This document shows, one piece after another, positions 1 through 15,106 of a DNA stretch of 64,000 nucleotides (the first letter of the stretch is position 1; every line of letters begins with the position of its first letter). Under the pieces are notes generated by a model. It ran no database searches. It was given only the letters and a program-made list of their open reading frames with translations, and was not told the origin of the DNA. Made by a program: the position numbers and the translations under genes. This DNA is from Octopus sinensis (Eukaryota): assembly GCF_006345805.1 (NCBI RefSeq), contig NC_043020.1:22444001-22508000 (forward strand), written 5' to 3'.

Positions 1-37
1 TGCTCTTTGAATCATACCTTCTTTGTCAAAAGACAAC
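1..37 (-). CDS. TALDO1: Transaldolase exon 4 (partial, runs off the window start)
   Basis: Acceptor ttttcag at 38-44 (minus strand); reads (R)LSFDKEGMIQRA in phase with exon 3, matching the transaldolase motif DARLSFDK. Confidence 0.92.
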
Positions 38-140
38 CTGAAAATTAAAAAGAAATTCATAAAAATACAATCAAAATTATATAAGAATACTTTGAAACAA
101 AGCTGAGATGATGCCTTGGTTAATTTAAACGTGAGTAAGC

Positions 141-585
141 TTTAACTCTTTTGGTACCAACCTGCTTGAGACCATTCCTGGTTCTGTGGTACAAACTTCC
201 TGTTTTAAATTCATCTGCATTAACCCTTCAGCACTTAAACTGACCATATCTGGCCAATGTATTCTACTTGATTAATGTCCAAGCTGGCCAGATCTGGCCT
301 ATCACACTAACCTTACATTATCATTCTAAAGATTAATAGTCTTCTCATCGAAATCTCAAAACCACAAAATAACGAATGATTAATTGAAACCAATTCCAAT
401 AAATAGGCATCGCTTTTAACAGAATAATGTGAATGCTGAAGACTTAAAGCCTTTCCATCAAATTTATGTTCCCCAAACCAACTTTTAATATCAAAGTTAT
501 CAGACTAAATTCTTCATTATTTTCAAAATGAATTAAAACGAAGGCAGAGTATTTCAGCAGAAACATGGTAACAAAAGGGTTAAAG
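141..585. mobile_element. Nested TTAA-flanked (piggyBac-like) MITE copies in the TALDO1 intron
   Basis: ttaacc(c/t)t...aaagggttaa ends; interiors resemble copies at 59937-60857 and 23955-24174. Confidence 0.55.
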
Positions 586-1325
586 TGATCTTAATGAAAA
601 GCTTCCATCAAAATTTTATGTTATTTCCAAACACCAGATTAATAATGACAAAGTTACTTTACCAAAATATGAGAGTTTCTCTCGTGGTAACTACTGCAGC
701 ATAGTTTTATTCTAATAGGACATTGATGTTTAAGTGGGGATAAAAGTTATCTCTCGGTATTAAAACTGCCTCTGTTGCTAATATATATTAAACAAGCTCA
801 CTGGTTAGTCGTGACACCAATGCCTGTTCTGGCAGTTTTTCTATATATCACTGGCAGGGAGATGTTCTAGCATCCAGCATTGATGAGACCAAGAAAAGTC
901 AAGATCACATGATCTGGTGGTCTCAGCACTGAAGATGGCAAGAATTTGACTCCTTGCTAGCAATATGAACAAGCATGCATTTGATCCCAAAAGCCTATAC
1001 AAGAGTTTCTCTCATGATATTTACTACAGTATAGCTTGTTCTAACAGTGGAGATAAATCATTAGAATCTAAGCGCATCAACATGTAGGATGCCATACACA
1101 CACATACCTGCAGTATATTATACACACACATACCTGCAGTATATTATACACACGTGTGTGTGGACAAAAGAGAAATCTTGTCAGATTTGACAGGATATTA
1201 AAGAAATATGGTGGGGGGGGAATGTTATTTGCACCTGGCTAGAAAAGAATAGCACAGGTGTATGAAGGGTGGCAGAATATGTGGAAGGAAGAGGTTAGGG
1301 TGAGAGCAGAGATGAAGCAACTTAC

Positions 1326-1433
1326 CTGGCATCAACTTCTGTGGAGACACGGCCTGGAATGATCTTCAGTATTTCACAACCAAAAAGCACATTGAGTCTA
1401 TCCAAGGCACTGATCAACTGTTCTTCATCGGAA
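1326..1433 (-). CDS. TALDO1: Transaldolase exon 3 (108 nt)
   Basis: tag acceptor and gtaag donor; encodes (G)[35 protein letters not shown](R), containing the conserved [11 protein letters not shown] motif. Confidence 0.97.
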
Positions 1434-1464
1434 CTACAATAAATGAATGAATTAATAATAATAA

Positions 1465-2110
1465 TGATGATTTCAAATTTTGGCACAAGGCCAGCAATTT
1501 CAAGAGTGGGGGCAAGTCGATTATATCAACTCCAGTACGCAACTGGTACTTAATTTATCGACCCTGAAAGGATGAAAGGCAAAGTCGACCTCGGCAGAAT
1601 TTGAACTCAGAAAGTAAAGACATGAAATACAGCTAAGCATTTCCCCCGGCTTGCAAATGATTCTGCCAGCTTGCTGCCTTTAAATAATCCAAACATGGCT
1701 GATACCAGATCCGCCTGACTGTTAAACGATGAAGAAAAATGATTTCAAATTTTTGCACAAAGCCAGCAATTTTCTGGGACTCCAGTAGTCAACTGGTATT
1801 CATGTTATCAACCCCAAAAGGACAAAATGTAAAGTCAACCTCTTCAGAATTTGAACCCAGAACATAAAGACCGATGAAATGGCACCAAGCATTCTGCCTG
1901 GCAGCAAACGACTCTGCTGCCCTTTTAATAATCTTTTCTACTCTAGGAATAAGGCCAGAAATTTTTGGGAAGTGGGCCAGTTGATTAGATCGACCCCAGT
2001 ATGCAACTGGTACTTAAATCTACCAACTCCAAAAGGATGAAAGGCAAAGTCAACCTCGGCAGAATTTGAACTCAGAACGTAGTGACAGGCAAACGACTGC
2101 CAGATTGCTG
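1465..2110 (-). mobile_element. Three adjacent degenerate copies of a tRNA-derived SINE (family 2)
   Basis: Repeated reverse complement of ctgagttcaaattc(t/c)gccgaggtcgactttgcctttcatcctttc...taagtaccagttg, also seen at 12000, 40040, 47235 and 48575. Confidence 0.8.
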
Positions 2111-2405
2111 CCCTTTCAATAATAACAATTCCAAATTCTAGCACAATGCCAGTAATGTTGAGTGGATGAGATTAGTTGGTGTCACCAACACTGGAACTTC
2201 TTTTTATTTCAAAAAATGCACTTTTATTAAATACATAAAAGAACATCTAATTAATTTTGCAGTTAAAAGAAACAATTTGGAGTGGGGAGGGAGGGGGTTA
2301 AATACTAATCAAAGGGGCACAAGACAACCACAAGCAACAAACAAATTAGCAGAAAGGGCCACACGATGGATCTGCCCCACAATAAAGCAATAAAGCAAAC
2401 CTTAC

Positions 2406-2529
2406 CCTCCTTGACTCTTTGCCCACTTGACAGCTTTCTTCATCAGTTCATCGTACTCCGACATGTTAGCAGCGGCCAAGATAAGAGAAGGATTTGTAGT
2501 TGAGTCGGTTGGTTTGTATTTCTTCATTG
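2406..2529 (-). CDS. TALDO1: Transaldolase exon 2 (124 nt)
   Basis: cag acceptor and gtaag donor; (A)MKKYKPTDSTTNPSLILAAANMSEYDELMKKAVKWAKSQG(G) contains the TTNPSLIL signature; phases join exon 1 and exon 3. Confidence 0.97.
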
Positions 2530-5429
2530 CTGTGACAAGAAGAAAACAAAAACAGTGAGTTTTCACAAAACACACACTCATCACTATTTCTATTAAAGTG
2601 CAACAATGAATGACAAAAACACAACTATAAGGAACGATCCTTGATGTACACCGCTTTTTCATTCCACTTTAACACACTGCTGCCAATGCAAGTCTTTATG
2701 TATATAATCTACCTGCAAGAAATAGCAGTCAAATCTCACTCAAACCACATTTTAATGTCGTAAAAATGGTCTCGTGTCAGTTCACAGCATCTGTGGCTGA
2801 AGAGGAGATGACCACTCCAAAACCCATGCATCTTATAGTCTGGTCAGGTTGTGCTAGGCGCTGACTCACTGTATTTACAACCTATTTGTCAACAGCAAGA
2901 AATTTCTTCCATGACAAAATACAGCGATTGGCTTTTTTATGGGTGCAAATACACCCCAAACATATCTGAACTTGCAACAAACTTGCATTATTACATATCA
3001 CCGCTAAGCACAATCACCCCATAATTACATGGGGTGATTGTGTTGAATAGCGCAACCAGTCATTAAAAGATGACAGGAACATCAGAAGAGATTTGAACCA
3101 GTAGCAAGTTTGTATTCATACACATCACTGCTTCGCATTGTCACCCTGCATTAAACTATCATCATCATCATTTTATGTCCACTTCCCGTGCTTGTAAGAG
3201 GCCAGACAAGTCATTGTTTATGGAGCAGAGCATTAGATCTCACTTTCTCACAGCTGGAGACTCTTCCTGAAACCAACCACTTTGCAGAATACACTGGGTG
3301 TGTTTTATTGTGGCACCAACATAAAAGAGGTTGCCATGTCTGCTACAAAACCAAAGGCTCTTATCAACTCCTACACTCAGCAGGGTATAACAGGTATATT
3401 TTAATCATGGCAGCAGCACTAGAGAAGGTAAGAGTGAGAAAAAGGGTTTGAGGGATGGGGAGAGTGACTAATGGCTGTTGACAGCAAAAAACCAAAGAGA
3501 GTATGATATCTGGCAAGCCAGAAGAACTGCACAGAGTTCTGCTGTCTGCTTTCTACAGTTAGAAGCCTTTCCTAATGCCACTGTGAGTCTGATGCTTCCA
3601 AACCCTGTGGTTTCAGGTTCAGTCCCACAGTAAGTGCCTTCTGCTAGAACCTAGGCTACACAAAACTTTCTTAGTGGTATCTGGTAGACAGGAACTCTAA
3701 GAAATCCACTGAGCACTTCTCTGTGCTTGTATGGGTCAGGCAGATTTTCAACAATCAGATGCCCTCCACCACCAGCCTTTTTGCCAACCCTCACTTGTTT
3801 TGAAGTAAGGTAATATCCTTCAAGACATATTTTTGCAGAAGATTGGAAACAAGACACTGCTTGTATGACAATGACACTCATTTACAAATATCATGCAAAG
3901 TCAAACAAAGAGATAGTAATATACACACACACACACACTAATGGCTAAAAACTTTTTAAAATTTATTCTATACAAAAAAAAAAATTAAAATTAAATATGC
4001 ACGTTTTTCAACTTATTTTTAATCTAGAAGTGATTCTCTCCCCTTTGTCATAAATTCACTAGCAGCAAACCATATATAATATATACAATGGACTTCTTTC
4101 AGCTTCTGTTAACCAAATCTCCTCACAAGGCTCTGATTGGCCCAGGGTCGTGATAGAAGACATTTGCCCAAGGTGCCACACATTAAGATTGAACCCAAAA
4201 CCATGAGCTGGGAAATAAAATTCTACCTTCGAAAACATGGAGTAAGAGGTGAGGGTTAGGGACATAAAGAGCATCCAACTGTAAAACAATTCTTTAATAA
4301 AGTATCCACCTAACCCATACTAAGATGGAAAACAGACATAAAATGAACAAATAAAAACGCTTTTGCCCTTCAGCATCTGTTGAATGCTGATGGCATAAAA
4401 TGCTACTAAATCCATACCTAAGCAGTTGATGATAGAAAGAGAACCCAGCCGGAAAAACTAAGGACATCCCACCTGCCTAAAATGGGGACAACACAAGCCA
4501 CAGTGAAACAGGGATAAATGAACTTATTTAATCCTGCTCCATAGTTAATTTATGTGCTGGTAGTGATGATAAAAAAAAATTAAATAAACACCCAGCCTCT
4601 GCTGTAAAGCGGTTCGTGATCAGACGAGCACCCAGTCATAAAAGCCGGATCACTCCTCATCATCATTTAACGTCCATTTCCGATGCCGACATCAGTCGGG
4701 CAGCAGGACAGGAATTGGCAAGTTGGAAAACTGCACCAAGCTCTGCTGTGTGCTTTGCTACATTTTCTACAGTTGGATGCCCTTCCTAATGCCAACCACT
4801 CTGCAGAGTGTGGACTGGGTGCTTCTTGGATGGAACTAGGAGCTGTGAGGTCACCAAGTCACTTCCAAGATAAGGGCCCCTCAAATGCAGGCAGGGACAA
4901 TGGAACTAAAATAATGGAGATTATGAGGACTATATAACAGCCCAGTTCAGTCCAATAGGTCATACGCAAGATGATGTTGGGGGTTAAGGAATGATTATCT
5001 ACAATTCAGCCACCATGATCAGCAACATTTTGTGTCGAAGCCAGGCTTGCATGGCTCAGACATATCACAATGCAGCCCTGCTCAAAGTTACTTCTCTCAT
5101 CTAAACAGACCGAGTTTTACACCTCACCCATACATTCCTTCTGGGTATGGATCCTCTGGCTGAATGCCATCCCTAACGTCAACCACTCAACAGAAAATAA
5201 TGGATATATTTTATGATGGCACTAACCCTAAAGGGGTTGTCGTTCTCAGTAAGAGTCTTTTCTGCTGCAAGTTTGTTCCAATCATTCACTAACCAGTTTA
5301 CAGAATGTACTGGGTACATTTTATCATAGCACCAACACCAGAGAGAGATGCCATCTCCCTCAGTAAGACCAAACAGTGCTGTGCCCTATGTCGTTAGGGT
5401 AGAGAGGACTTACATCTAGCATACCGTAG

Positions 5430-5580
5430 TTCAACAGGAATTGTAACATGGCACAATCAAATGCCTTGGAGAAATCCACAACTACAAGTATTTCAAAATC
5501 AACAAGACTGGCCTTCTTTAGGGTATGTGTTGAGGGCATTCGTCTCTATGGGACTGAAACCTGGGCTAAGAAGTATCAGC
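5430..5580 (+). mobile_element. RTE-clade non-LTR retrotransposon fragment (post-RT region)
   Basis: Reads RVCVEGIRLYGTETWAKK, the RTE-type LLYGxETW motif; degenerate. Confidence 0.6.
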
Positions 5581-6314
5581 TTCAAAACTGCTCTGATGAT
5601 ACATAGACTAGGCATCTCATGAGGGCTCAAACCATCTCAGGGGCCGAGCTCAAGACCAAAGATGAGATTTATGGGTACATTTCACTCATATCTACTTTGC
5701 TCCTCAACACAGGGTTATTGGTGGCTACCGTTATTTGTCCAGTCCATGCCAGCATGGAGAACGCATGTTAAATGATGATGCCATCATGCTGAACATAAAG
5801 CCGTACCAAATCTGCACAAAGACCACTCAACAATTCCTTACACAATCTGAAACCGAGGACTCATGAAAGCTAATGAAGAAACGGAGATCCCTGACATAGC
5901 GACATTCGTGTTGACGAATTAATGCAAATGAAGCAAATTAATGCAAAACGGGAACAAAAAAACTTATTGAATAATATTCTCATTCGTAATTCTGTAATTT
6001 ACTGCTTTCAAAATTTTGCACACACACACACACACACACACACAACTCCCTAAATTTATATTCAACTGTTTATTTTTAATTCAATTTGTTAACCTAACGG
6101 AATCAAATCAGTTATAGGAACAACTGGCTTTTTATTTAATCTTCAAAAGTGATATTACTGTTGAAAGGGAAGCGAAAACTAATGAAGCAATGATTTAGTA
6201 AAAAACATGAAGAAATAAGGAAGCGTGAAAAAGAAGAAAAAAATTGAAAACTTCTTGGAAGTGTTTCATGACAAGGTAGACAACTCTTTTTGGACTGTGG
6301 GAACTATGTATGTA

Positions 6315-6545
6315 TGTAGAGGGTGGGGCAGGGAGGACGGACGTTTTTGAAAAGGCTATTACTCAGCCCCAGGGGGAGGGACATGTTCGACAGATACCAT
6401 TCGGTCCGTGGTATCTTAGCATTTTTTTTTCAGGTGAAGCCATGGCGCTGTGGACGATAGAGAATCACGTGTTTGCCTACGACAGTTACGTGAAGAACAA
6501 TGAATCAGTCACGGCAGTTCGGCGTGAGTTTGTATGTAGATAATT
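6315..6545 (+). mobile_element. Truncated Tc1/mariner-like transposon 5' end (DUF4817-type N-terminus)
   Basis: MALWTIENHVFAYDSYVKNNESVTAVRREFV resembles the N-terminal HTH of DUF4817 mariner-like transposases; preceded by a TIR-like tagagggtggggc. Recognised from memory. Confidence 0.55.
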
Positions 6546-7115
6546 ATTGGAGCCCTGAGATGAGAAAGTCAATTCGAAGACTACAGATCCAATCCATCAC
6601 TGGAACTGTAAAAGTCTGTAAAACTTTCCAGGAGTTTATCATTTAAATATACACGAACATGTCAAGATATGCAAGTATATGCATGAGAATACATACATAA
6701 AACAAAACAAACAAATCTGCATATATACACACACACACACCCTATTGCTGATGTTCAAATTCCAATGAAGGAGCCTTGGAGCTAGGTTAGAAACCAGTTC
6801 TTTTTCTATTGGCAAGAAATCTTGAAATAAAACTGAACAATGACATTCATACATACATTTGTGTCTGTGTATACACACACACGGAAGTTGGGATCAGTGA
6901 TATAAAAAGGATATGAACTTAAGATGTTATTTTTAAACAATGAAATTCCTCCTGAATGGGTCTACTGTAACAATGTAATAAGTCATACACTCAAAGGGAT
7001 TGGGTGGCTTGGCACTCAGAGTAGGAGAGTAGGAAAGAATAGGCAAACGGATTTAAAAATACAGACATAAGATATACACAAACACACACAGACATATCAA
7101 CACATTATACATATC

Positions 7116-7290
7116 CCGTGCCGGTGGCACGTAAAAGCACCCACTACACTCTCGGAGTGGTTGGCGTTAGGAAGGGCATCCAGCTGTAGAAACACTGCCA
7201 GAACAGATTGAGCCGCAGCCTTCTGGCTCACCACTCCTCAATCAAACCGCATGGAAAGCAGACGTTAAACGACGATGATGATGATGATGA
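7116..7290 (+). mobile_element. Retroposon 3' end with (GAT)n tail (family 3)
   Basis: ggtggcacgtaaaagcacccactacactctcggagtggttggcgttaggaagggcatccagctgtagaaac...gacgttaaacgacgatgatgatg; multiple copies in the window. Confidence 0.8.
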
Positions 7291-10200
7291 TATATACGTC
7301 TATAAATAATATGGGTGACCTTAGGTTGTTAAATTGCTAATAATCCTCACACATACATATATATTACATACAGGGAAACAGGACATAGAGATAAGCACAC
7401 CCAAAGACGGACATACAAACACAGGACATAACACACCTCAACAAACAAGTGAGGAAGGGTTAGAATCGAGATAAGAGGTTTTACCTCTATCATAGGATGA
7501 GCTTACAAGACACACACATCGACAGAAGCACACAACTATAAGCGCATCCGCACGCACACACATGTTTATATACAGGCCATATATGCACGCACACACATGT
7601 TTATATACAGGCCATATATACACGCGCAAATAACACACACGCATAAATTATACGGACTTGTTCATATACAAACACATACAGTGTATATATATATATAAAT
7701 ATACATACATCTAGACACACTAGCACACGCAGAAATGTAAATATACACACCCATATAAACACATATACACATTCCTAAGAGATACACATACAGCAAATCG
7801 AAAATCTATCTCAGAGAATACACCCACGATATCTGATCATTCGATCTGCTAAAAATAGCAGTTAAATCTCCTTCAAAGCAAATACCATTTTCTAAAAGGG
7901 AAGGACACATTGAATAACATAGTCCTAGATACATTGTTCCGAATTTTATTGACGGTTATAACCATACTGTCTCCTCTACAAAGGTTATAAAGTATATTAT
8001 AAATATACTTTATTTCTACAGGTTTATATACAGTGTAAATTGTACGCAAGACCGGTGGACTGACAGAAGTGTGAAGGTGTCGGGTTAAAGATGATGTCTG
8101 GTACCTTGCATTCTGAGTTCAAATGCCGACAGGGTTGACTAATCATTTCATCCTTTAGTGGATCGATAAAATACCAGTCGAGTACTGATATCGATGTGAT
8201 CGGCTTCCTCATCACTCGAAATTGCTAGGTTTATATAGAAAGTATTCTTCCGAGTGCCATACCAATATCTATCAATGGCGGTGGCGGACAAGTTCGAATG
8301 TCAGACTAAATATATACCATACAGCATATCCTCTGATTCATTCTCAGTTCAAATCCCGCCATGGTCTACTAGGGTGATAGTCTTAATCGGTCACCCGGTT
8401 TAATATCAACAGCCGGTGGAACCTTGGAGTGATATCGGAGTCCACTTTATTGCAAGCGTTGGGACCGGGCCTGGCCTTCGATTCAAGGACACCTCCCTCC
8501 TGACTTAAAGATTTCTTTTTAATCTTGTTTTTTCTAGTGTGTATAACATATAAAATATATATTTATGCAGTCGTCTGCCACAGCTTCGAATTGACAAAGA
8601 CTTTGAGAATTGAATTTGGTAGACAAATCGGTTGGTTAAGAGACTCGCTTTGTAATCTCCTGACTTTTGGGACCAATCCCACAGCATGACACTTCGGAAA
8701 AGCATCTTTGGTCCTCAGATTGATTGACTCCTTGTGAGTGTAAAACTTGGAAGGAAGGGTTAGGGTCAAGACAGGCATCCGTCCACACAGCAAGGCGCTT
8801 TAAGATGTCACGTCCGACCCGTGCCAGCATAGAAAAATGTAGACGTAAAAACGAAACGAAATAACTGCATTCACCCTTCACCAATGACTGTGAACTTGAT
8901 TGTGCTCCAGTGCTGTCTTAAGACACGAGTCCCACGGGTCTATGGACCCGAATCTGATTTGTGTCTGTTGTGGTTTATTCATCAATAAATATTATAGGGC
9001 CCAATGGATTTGCTGAAGGGTTTATAGTGCTAAGATGTCCCTCCTGTATTCACGTTAACATAGCCTAAAAGGGGGTGGCAAGACTTCCTTTTGTACCCAC
9101 CCACCCCCAAAAATACCCCCTTTTTTTATTTAATTTTTTTTTTACACAAACCCCCGTTTTCGGCTACGGAGAATACAAATCTGCAAAAAATTTGTAAAAA
9201 TCGGTATTTTGAAATTACCCCAACACACACACCACCCCCACCCCAAATTCTTCATTTTAAAGTTTTTTCAGAAACTTTTGTTTTTCAAAATACGCGGGAA
9301 AACACGGAGATAATGATTCTGAAAAAAATTTACAATACTTTTTCTGGTCAGGGTTGGGGGTTAGGGTTACGGAAAAAAGTGAAAAATGAAGAAACGGAGG
9401 GGAAATGAGTAAGCGGGGAGGCAAAAAATTTCAAAATCCCGATTTTTGGCAATTTTCCGGAATCTCCGTATCCGAAGGGTTTTTAACAAAAAAAAAATTT
9501 TTTTAAACACAATAATGAGCGAGAAGAAGTCTTTCCAAAGGGGTGCATACCCTATGGTGATACCCAGTAACAAAGGCTAAACTTGTACGGTAATGCAATT
9601 ACTACTTCACCCCATCGAAGTTGGGGTGAAACAGTAATTGCTTCAAACTGATCTAGAATTGTATTTTTCTTTTTTTAACCATAAAATACCCTAAATTACG
9701 TTATGCAACTTGTTCTCTCTTTATTTGCTTTTTTTTTTTTTTTTTTACGAAATGTCATTTGAAGGACACTTCACTGCTATTTTTAACAACTAGAGCGACC
9801 ACATAGAGGCTCGGTATGGCAGTCGATACGGTGTAAAGCCCGATATGTTACCCGAGCAAATCGATGGCAACAAGCCATATATGATTTCAATGAGAATATA
9901 CCCGGGGTGGCACACAATAATCCCAGTTAAACTTGTTCCACACGGCACATTCTTCCTACGTCATGCACAGTCAAGCAGTGGCGGGTTTTCTTTTATTTAT
10001 TAAACCTCCAAATCAACCTGATCAGCCCTGGGTTTTAGCATATCGTTGACTACATTTTAAAAAGCGATATGGCTAGACTTTATTTGAGGTAAATTTGGCT
10101 CACCTAAAATCTCATGCAATATCTGGTGGACGAAACGTACCGTGGAGGTGCGACTTATAACACCTCATTTAAATTATTCCAACTTATTTGTTGTCCTGTC

Positions 10201-10401
10201 ACAAACAAGTAACCGGAACAATGAGCTTTAAAATTATCCCGTAACTCGAGTCTACCACAATTAACAGCTTACTTATTTCCTCTCATTATAAAATTTCTCT
10301 TTATACACACATTATGTACGCACATATAAACACATACCTACGTAATAATAACAATCGCTTTGTTGGACTTGATTCAACGCAAGATATACAAACATATATA
10401 T

Positions 10402-10450
<49 letters not shown>

Positions 10451-10601
10451 TAAATATATATAGGGAGGGAGAGAGAGAGAGCGCGTGTGTTTGAATGTAA
10501 ACTCTATAATTAAGTTCATTCCATGGTTTTCACGACGAAGGTATTCCAATGAATAGCAACGAATATAAAATAGAGGTACGGGAGTTGGGTGTGTGTGTGT
10601 A

Positions 10602-10952
10602 TATTACTCTTACTCTTTTACTTGTTTCAGTCATGTGACTGCGGCCATGCTGGAGCACCGCCTTTAGTCGAGCAAATCGACCCCAGGACTTATTCTTTGT
10701 AAGCCTAGTACTTATTCTACCGGTCTCTTTTGCCGAACCGCTAAGTTGGAGGGGACAAACACAGACACATACACATATATAGCGGTTCGGCAAAAAAGAC
10801 CGATATATATATATATACGATGGGCTCCTTTCAGTTTCCGTCTACCAAATCCACTCACAAGGCTTTGGTCGGCCCGAAGACACTTGCCCAAGGTGCCACG
10901 CAGTGGGACTGAACCCGGAACCATGTGGTTCGTAAGCAAACTACTTACCACA
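10602..10952 (-). mobile_element. tRNA-derived SINE (family 1)
   Basis: Reverse complement of gtgtggtaagtag...ccgggttcagtcccactgcgtggcaccttgggcaagtgtctt...gactgaaacaagtaaaagagtaa; same family as 56479, 62474 and 63138. Confidence 0.85.
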
Positions 10953-11999
10953 CGCATCTTCGTATAAACAACTTGCACAGAATACCTTCACATTTCGTTT
11001 ATAAATTCAAACGTCTGTGTGAATGTGTGCACACACACACACACAGCTATTATTAAAAATTCTCAGGTTGGGTCGCGCAAAATTTAGTTAACAAGGCCCT
11101 GAATATAAAGCCTGATATTGTTCACATAAAATCTAAGGGGTCCAAAAGAAAGTTTAGCAATTCCTTACAAAACACTAGAAATTCTACAGCAACTCATAAC
11201 TGGAAACTCAAAGCTAATAAGAGAGGACCACTAGATGGTATTTCGTTCTGCTAAAAACAACAGACAACTCTCTTTCAGAGGAAGGACATAGGATAATGTT
11301 GTCTGTGATAAATTAAATTCAGAAGGCTGGGACTGTCACGGTTAGAGTGTCTTTGAGAGTTAAAACCTGCTCAACCAAGAATGATCCTGGGGCTAAACAA
11401 CAACCATTAAGAAAATGGAACGGTAGATCCCAATAAAATCCATCATGCTATTTAGGGATCTCCTTCCTCCCAAACGTTTCGTCTCCCTACACTTGTTTTC
11501 CACGGGACACCTGTCTTCGCACACAGCAAACGACTGAGATTTTCAATTAGAAGTCCCACACAAGGAAAAGAACAAAAAGGGTTGTTTTTCCTTCATGTTT
11601 TTTTTTTGCTTGTAATTTTTTTTTCATTATTCCCGCATTTCATACAACAAAAATTGGTAAGGTTTCGTTTTATGATCACAAAATGAAAGTGAGAAATTAT
11701 TGTAAGTATTAAATGGGTATTAACATGATGTTGTTCTTTCTTTTTTTTTCTTTTTCAAAATCATATAATCCCCGTATTCTTAAAGGTGGAATCCTCCACC
11801 ACCATCATCATCCTTCAAATACAAAAACCAAATTTAGTTTTAATAAGTTAGTTGAGGAAAATTAATAATTTGAAACCTGCTTTTTAAGGGAAGTGGAAGT
11901 AAAATCGAAGTGTCTTTTACTGAAAACACGGAAATCCGAAGAGATTTTTTGAAAGAAAAAAGTGAAGGAAGGTGCCTAATGGATATATCTACCTGAACA

Positions 12000-12175
12000 T
12001 TATGATTAGCGGCATTTCATCCGTCTTTACGTTTCGAGTTCAAATTACGCCGAGGTCGACTTCGACTTCCATCTTTCGGGGCCGATAAAATAAGTACCAG
12101 TTGAGTACTGGGGTCGATGCCAATGTAATCGACTTACTCCCCACCCATTTCCTCGAAATTACTGGACTTGTAATC
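12000..12175 (+). mobile_element. SINE family 2 copy
   Basis: gttcaaattacgccgaggtcgacttcgacttccatctttcggggccgataaaataagtaccagttg. Confidence 0.75.
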
Positions 12176-14979
12176 TGTCAAGCGTTTACAAGGCGGAGTT
12201 TCAAGAAGAGCCTCGTGGGGAAGGAAAGGGACAAGGAACTGGTAGGCTCTTATTAGTATGCCTCGGTTTTATGCAATAGAAATTGCAATTTTGAAAGAAC
12301 TATTTTTCTTTTTGTTCCCTAGAAATTCAATTTTCATATTTTGCTCTCCCAACGAACCCCATGCCCTTTTCGTTTCCCCCAGGTCGCGGAGGCGCATAAC
12401 TAGAGCAAGGGTTTCCAAAGTGGTCGATATCGATCCCTGGTGGCGATGTGGCTATTCAAAGGGGTCGATAAATGCACATCTACTTAATTATTATTTATTT
12501 ATTTATTTTCTTGTGCATGTCTGGGGGTGGTCTTGGAAGTTTGGGGACCCCTGGGTTAGAGTGTTGGACTCGTGATTGTAAGATAGCGGTTTCGATTCCT
12601 AAATCGACCAATGCGTTGAGTTCTTGAGCAAAACACTTCTTTTCACATTGCTCCAATTTATTCGGCTTACAAAAAAAGAAATAATCCTGCGATGGAATGG
12701 CGTATCGTCCAGGGAGGAATATATACGCTACAGAAACCGAGAAACCATCACTTAGGAAGAAGATTTATCCCCACCCTTCTGCCCTTTTTTTCTTAGCTAT
12801 TCCGAGAGATTTCTTCCAAAAGTTTCAGGTTCAAATATGAGCCGCCCTTCCAGCATTTCGTTACCTTTTCCTTTCCTAACAGGTATAAAACTTCTAATTC
12901 GAAATTCCATGCTAGTATTCTAGGTAAAATAATCCATTCGGGCATCTTCTTACATTCTCCGTCTCTGCAATGAGTTTTCCTACGATTTCAGTGGATTCAA
13001 GACTAGTAAAACAAACTGATCGTATACGCCCGAGATTGACTCGAACTCAGAACCTCATGGTTGCCAAACGAACTTCTTAACCACTCGGTCATTCATTCTC
13101 CCTAAATCAAATCAACGAGTAGAGCCTCAATGTAGCCATTCAGCTTGCTAGAAATAACAGCCAAATTTCCCTTAAAATCAAATCCTAACATAAAATTAAG
13201 GGATACACTGAATAATGCAGTCCTGGATGCATCGTCTAAGAAAAAGCCGTACCGTCACGATCGGAACGTCTTCGTCCATAGGTCTACTGGATCAGGGGTG
13301 GCCTGGGGTTAAACAACATTATTAAAACATGTGAACCACCGAGTGTTGTAATGAAGAAGCAGTATTCCTATACAATAGAGTCGGAAATTATCGAATGCAT
13401 CACAAACTGTCGTCTTTTTTTTCTGGTTCACGCATCAAACTTTACGAATCTGTGAATAAATTTTTTTGGCGGGGTTAGAGTTTTGCCCCACCCCACTCTC
13501 TTGAGTTTTAACTTTTTTTTTTTTATATTTTTCGAAACTTTTTTTTTTCAGATTTATATTAAGTTTTAAAAGTGGACTTTCGGAATAAAGTAACACAAAA
13601 TAACGAGAAAGAAAATATATGTCATTTCAGCGGCGGTTTCTGTTCCAAAGGTACGATGACTGGAGGGGGCAAATTACAGAGATGTAATTTTTAAGGAGCG
13701 ACGTTTCCTTCAACCATTGTTTTGAAATGTGGATATACAAAAAAAAGGGGGGGGGGGCAGAAATTCCAACTTATGGGAAAGTCCGCCCAATTCCACCCAT
13801 GTTCATCACCACCAAAAAATCTCCTATACTCAAAACATAGAGATCAGGAGAAATTAAGGTTTTTAGAGCTTTAGATAATTTTTGACTCTATTGTACAGGA
13901 ATACCAAGGAAAGTTCTCTGTGACGGCGAGAAAAATCGATAACGGCTACTTCAAATTATACTTTTACTACCTCAAATAACGAAATACAACCAAGAATACA
14001 TTGGAAAATATTGTCCTAAATATGTCAAAATGGAACGATCACGGCTGAAATATCTGGTTTCCTAAATCAAAATCGACCCGGACCAAAATACATCTATATA
14101 TTCATAATGCCTTCTTTTATTGGCGACAAAGACCCAAAAGATTCGTAATCCACGATGTTTAAAAACACACATCCGAAGAAATTAAGGCTTTTGGCGCTGT
14201 AGGTTTAATTTCTGACTCTATTGTATAAGAATACCAAAGAAGCTTCTACGTGGTCGCTAGAAACTGCAGTAATAATCCTTCCAAATTATACATAACTACC
14301 TTAAATAAGGAAACACACCAAGAACATATTGGATAATAATGATGCTGTCCTAATGTCAAGACGTGGTGGTCACGGTTGAAATATTTTTGGTCATAAGATT
14401 TTCTCAGGACAAACCCGGAGCTAAACAATATGTACATATTCATGACACACCTACACAAGAAAAATCTCATTGCAAAATATACACACACACACCACAATAC
14501 AACACCATGTGAGTCTGTGTCGATGCGTGCGAGTGTATATAAATAATTTATACACATTTAATTCCAAGCCGAGGCACCGACGACCACCTCTACTGCCACC
14601 GTCACTATACACTGTTTGTGCTCCAGTTGTGGTGGTTGTTCTTATTTAGCCCCGGGCCAGGTCTGACTGAGCACAGCTATGGCCAAAAGGTTTTCAATTA
14701 AGGCCATAAATTATTTATTTATTTATTCTACAGACAGGTGATTAAATTAGCCAGGCGTAAATTAAAGATTTCTTTTTTAGCTGCTATTTCTATAAGACCG
14801 CGGCCGTGCAGAGGGAATCCGTTCTCGTGAAACTTAGATTAGCGAGGGACGAAGGGAAAACGGTTTCGAGTGTGAAAAACGAAGACGAGAGAGCATTCCG
14901 AGATTCCAGAATGTAGGTTCCAGTTCCATCTTTTCCGTTTTCTACCTGAGGTCGTTGTTTACGCACAAACACAAGATTA

Positions 14980-15065
14980 TTATAAACACACGCACATAAT
15001 ATAAACATACCTATAAATAATATACACACGCATGCACACGTATATACGCACACACATACACACGC

Positions 15066-15106
<41 letters not shown>
